Assembly (NCBI GenBank): GCA_051294905.1
Contig: CM119372.1
Coordinates: 7,628,001 to 7,692,000 of the forward strand
Reading direction: 5' to 3'
Origin: Botryllus schlosseri
Lineage: Eukaryota
DNA length: 64,000 nt
Shown in pieces: positions 62,290 to 64,000 of the stretch. The position numbers and the translations under genes are program-made. Position 1 is the stretch's first letter. The number at the start of each line of letters is the position of its first letter. Under the pieces are notes generated by a model. The model was not told where the DNA came from. It saw only the letters and a program-made list of their open reading frames with translations, and searched no databases.

Positions 62290-63830
62290 GTTCAAGTTCA
62301 AGTTTATTATTCACAAAATTTCATCATTTCAGAACATCACAAGACTACGATACAATGAAAGATAGGCAGGTGTCGAAACGACTTGGACGGGCCTAGGCGA
62401 TGTAAATAGGAGGCATGCACTGCGCACTGAATGAAAGTAAAAGAAGATAATATAAAATGATAAGTGACAAAATCAGGTGGCTTGTGACGGAAGGCGAGAT
62501 CGATATATCAGGTCGTGGTCCGGTACATGTTAAGGCAGGGGTTCTCAACTTCCCTCGTATAACGGGCCGCATTTTCACACTAAAAGGCGCCGCGGGCCGC
62601 AGAACATTATCACCATGTATTTGTGAACCACTATTAAATTTAGGCTACTGTAGCCTATTTACCAGTCTTATACGGGAATTTAGTACATTTTTATGCATTC
62701 TAAAGCATTAATGGAGAGCGTTCGTAAGTTTGCAGTTGCTGTTTTTTGTGAGGATATCTACAAGTGGCGCAAGTAAATCCCTTCATGGAGCGTACATTCT
62801 ATTCGTTTCCATGTTGGTATATGTACCCTTCAAACCTTTCCACCAGAGAACCGAACTCGCTGTTTCAATGCGTGAGCGAGCAAGTATAAAATTACGGTGA
62901 CATTTTCGTTACAGAGGTTATTATCACTTTGAGCTCTCAGTGATATGAGAAGAAGTCAGATTTTCGGGGACATTTGTGAGCAAACCAATCAAATCTTCTC
63001 CTTTCCTTCCATGGCTGGAGCCATACACCAGTAGTTACAGAAGCCAGCTTTTTCAAATTTATGTTTTTCACTGGTCCCCTTCCCACGTTTGCCACGTCAG
63101 CATTTCCTCTGGAAATATGTCTACTCTGATAAAACGCACCTGGATAATTTGCTATGCAATGTGTGTGCACTGTGTGCAGTCGATGAATTCGTCCAATGCT
63201 AGGCTAAAGTAGTCTATGCGTGGCAACGTACTATGTTTCAAAACATGCGATAAAAGATCGACTGAGATAGCTGGTACTCTTCTGGTGACTGTTGAATCAG
63301 ACAACTGTAGCCTCGAATTTTGACAGGTGATGTTAGACTCGCTGCTAAATTCCGGAAACAGCGAATATTTGCCCAGTACGTTAAATTGATATTGAAGTCA
63401 CACATTCTCTAGCAGACTCTTCGGTTTATCGATAATCCAAGCAATTTTGAACAATGCGTCCGTCACGTCGTCGGCAATTTTAAAAATGCCTCGAAAAATG
63501 GATTGCTGGGCTTGAAACCAAACTAACTCCTGATAAAACTATAGTGCTATCATTTCAAGCTTCTAGGCTTTGTTACAACAACTGTTCTTCCATAACAATA
63601 CTGGAAGAACATAACAATACTGTACCAGTAGTAATTGCGTTCATATTGAAAGATGTCGCGGGCCGCAAAGGAATCGTCTGCGGGCCGCATGCGGCCCGCG
63701 GGCCGCGGGTTGAGAACCCCTGTGTTAAGGGCTGACTAGCATTCATTCAGAAGAAATTGCTTGTATTTCGACTTGAATGTGGACACCGGACAAGTGGACA
63801 TGCTCGACGACTGTCGGATGACCGGCGACA
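62290..63830 (-). mobile_element. LINE 3' remnant (same family as 16950-18200) interrupted by a hAT MITE
   Basis: Shares GAAGGCGAGATCGATAT..GGTCGTGGTCCGGTA and CAGAAGAAATTGCTTGTATTTCGACTTGAATG with the first copy. The tail is AATAAA(CTTGAA)n. Confidence 0.72.
62536..63722 (+). mobile_element. hAT (Buster/Charlie-type) MITE
   Basis: TIRs CAGGGGTTCTCAAC / GTTGAGAACCCCTG, exact TSD TGTTAAGG (62528-62535, 63723-63730) and GCGGGCCGC subterminal repeats. Confidence 0.9.
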
Positions 63831-64000
63831 TACAGCTGTAAACGACTATGCAACTATGCATTTACTGCGTACCACCTGAAATGACCTCGCGTACATATAA
63901 TATATTATATACGTTGCAAGTTTCTGTGAGAGTCTACGCTGTTGCTAGAAGTGGAAGCAAAGTCGGTGACGAAAGACATATTTTCCACGTGATTTCTAAA

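Overview
Eukaryotic, intron-rich genomic DNA from an invertebrate animal. The compact 60-66 nt minimal introns, lack of obvious CpG depletion and a KLHL40/41-type gene suggest an invertebrate chordate such as an ascidian (inference only). Three spliced genes were assembled by hand with GT-AG junctions and consistent phases. They are a BTB-BACK-Kelch gene of KLHL40/41 type (minus, 6170-12957, 9 coding exons), a classical short-chain dehydrogenase/reductase (plus, 18557-26124, 7 coding exons) and a STAT5-type transcription factor (minus, 32243-53606, 19 coding exons per isoform). Intergenic DNA and large introns are packed with non-autonomous hAT-type MITEs (many with exact 8-bp TSDs, some deeply nested), LINE 3' remnants and tRNA-derived SINEs. 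There is also a 2.6-kb foldback made of two transposon 3' ends. The main discovery is that the STAT exon encoding the base-contacting segment of the DNA-binding domain is tandemly duplicated. One copy reads VIVHGNQ (STAT5/6-type His) and the other AIVNVSQ (STAT1-type Asn). They are separated by a 47-nt intron that is probably too short to splice. This looks like a mutually exclusive splicing switch of STAT DNA-binding specificity within a single gene.
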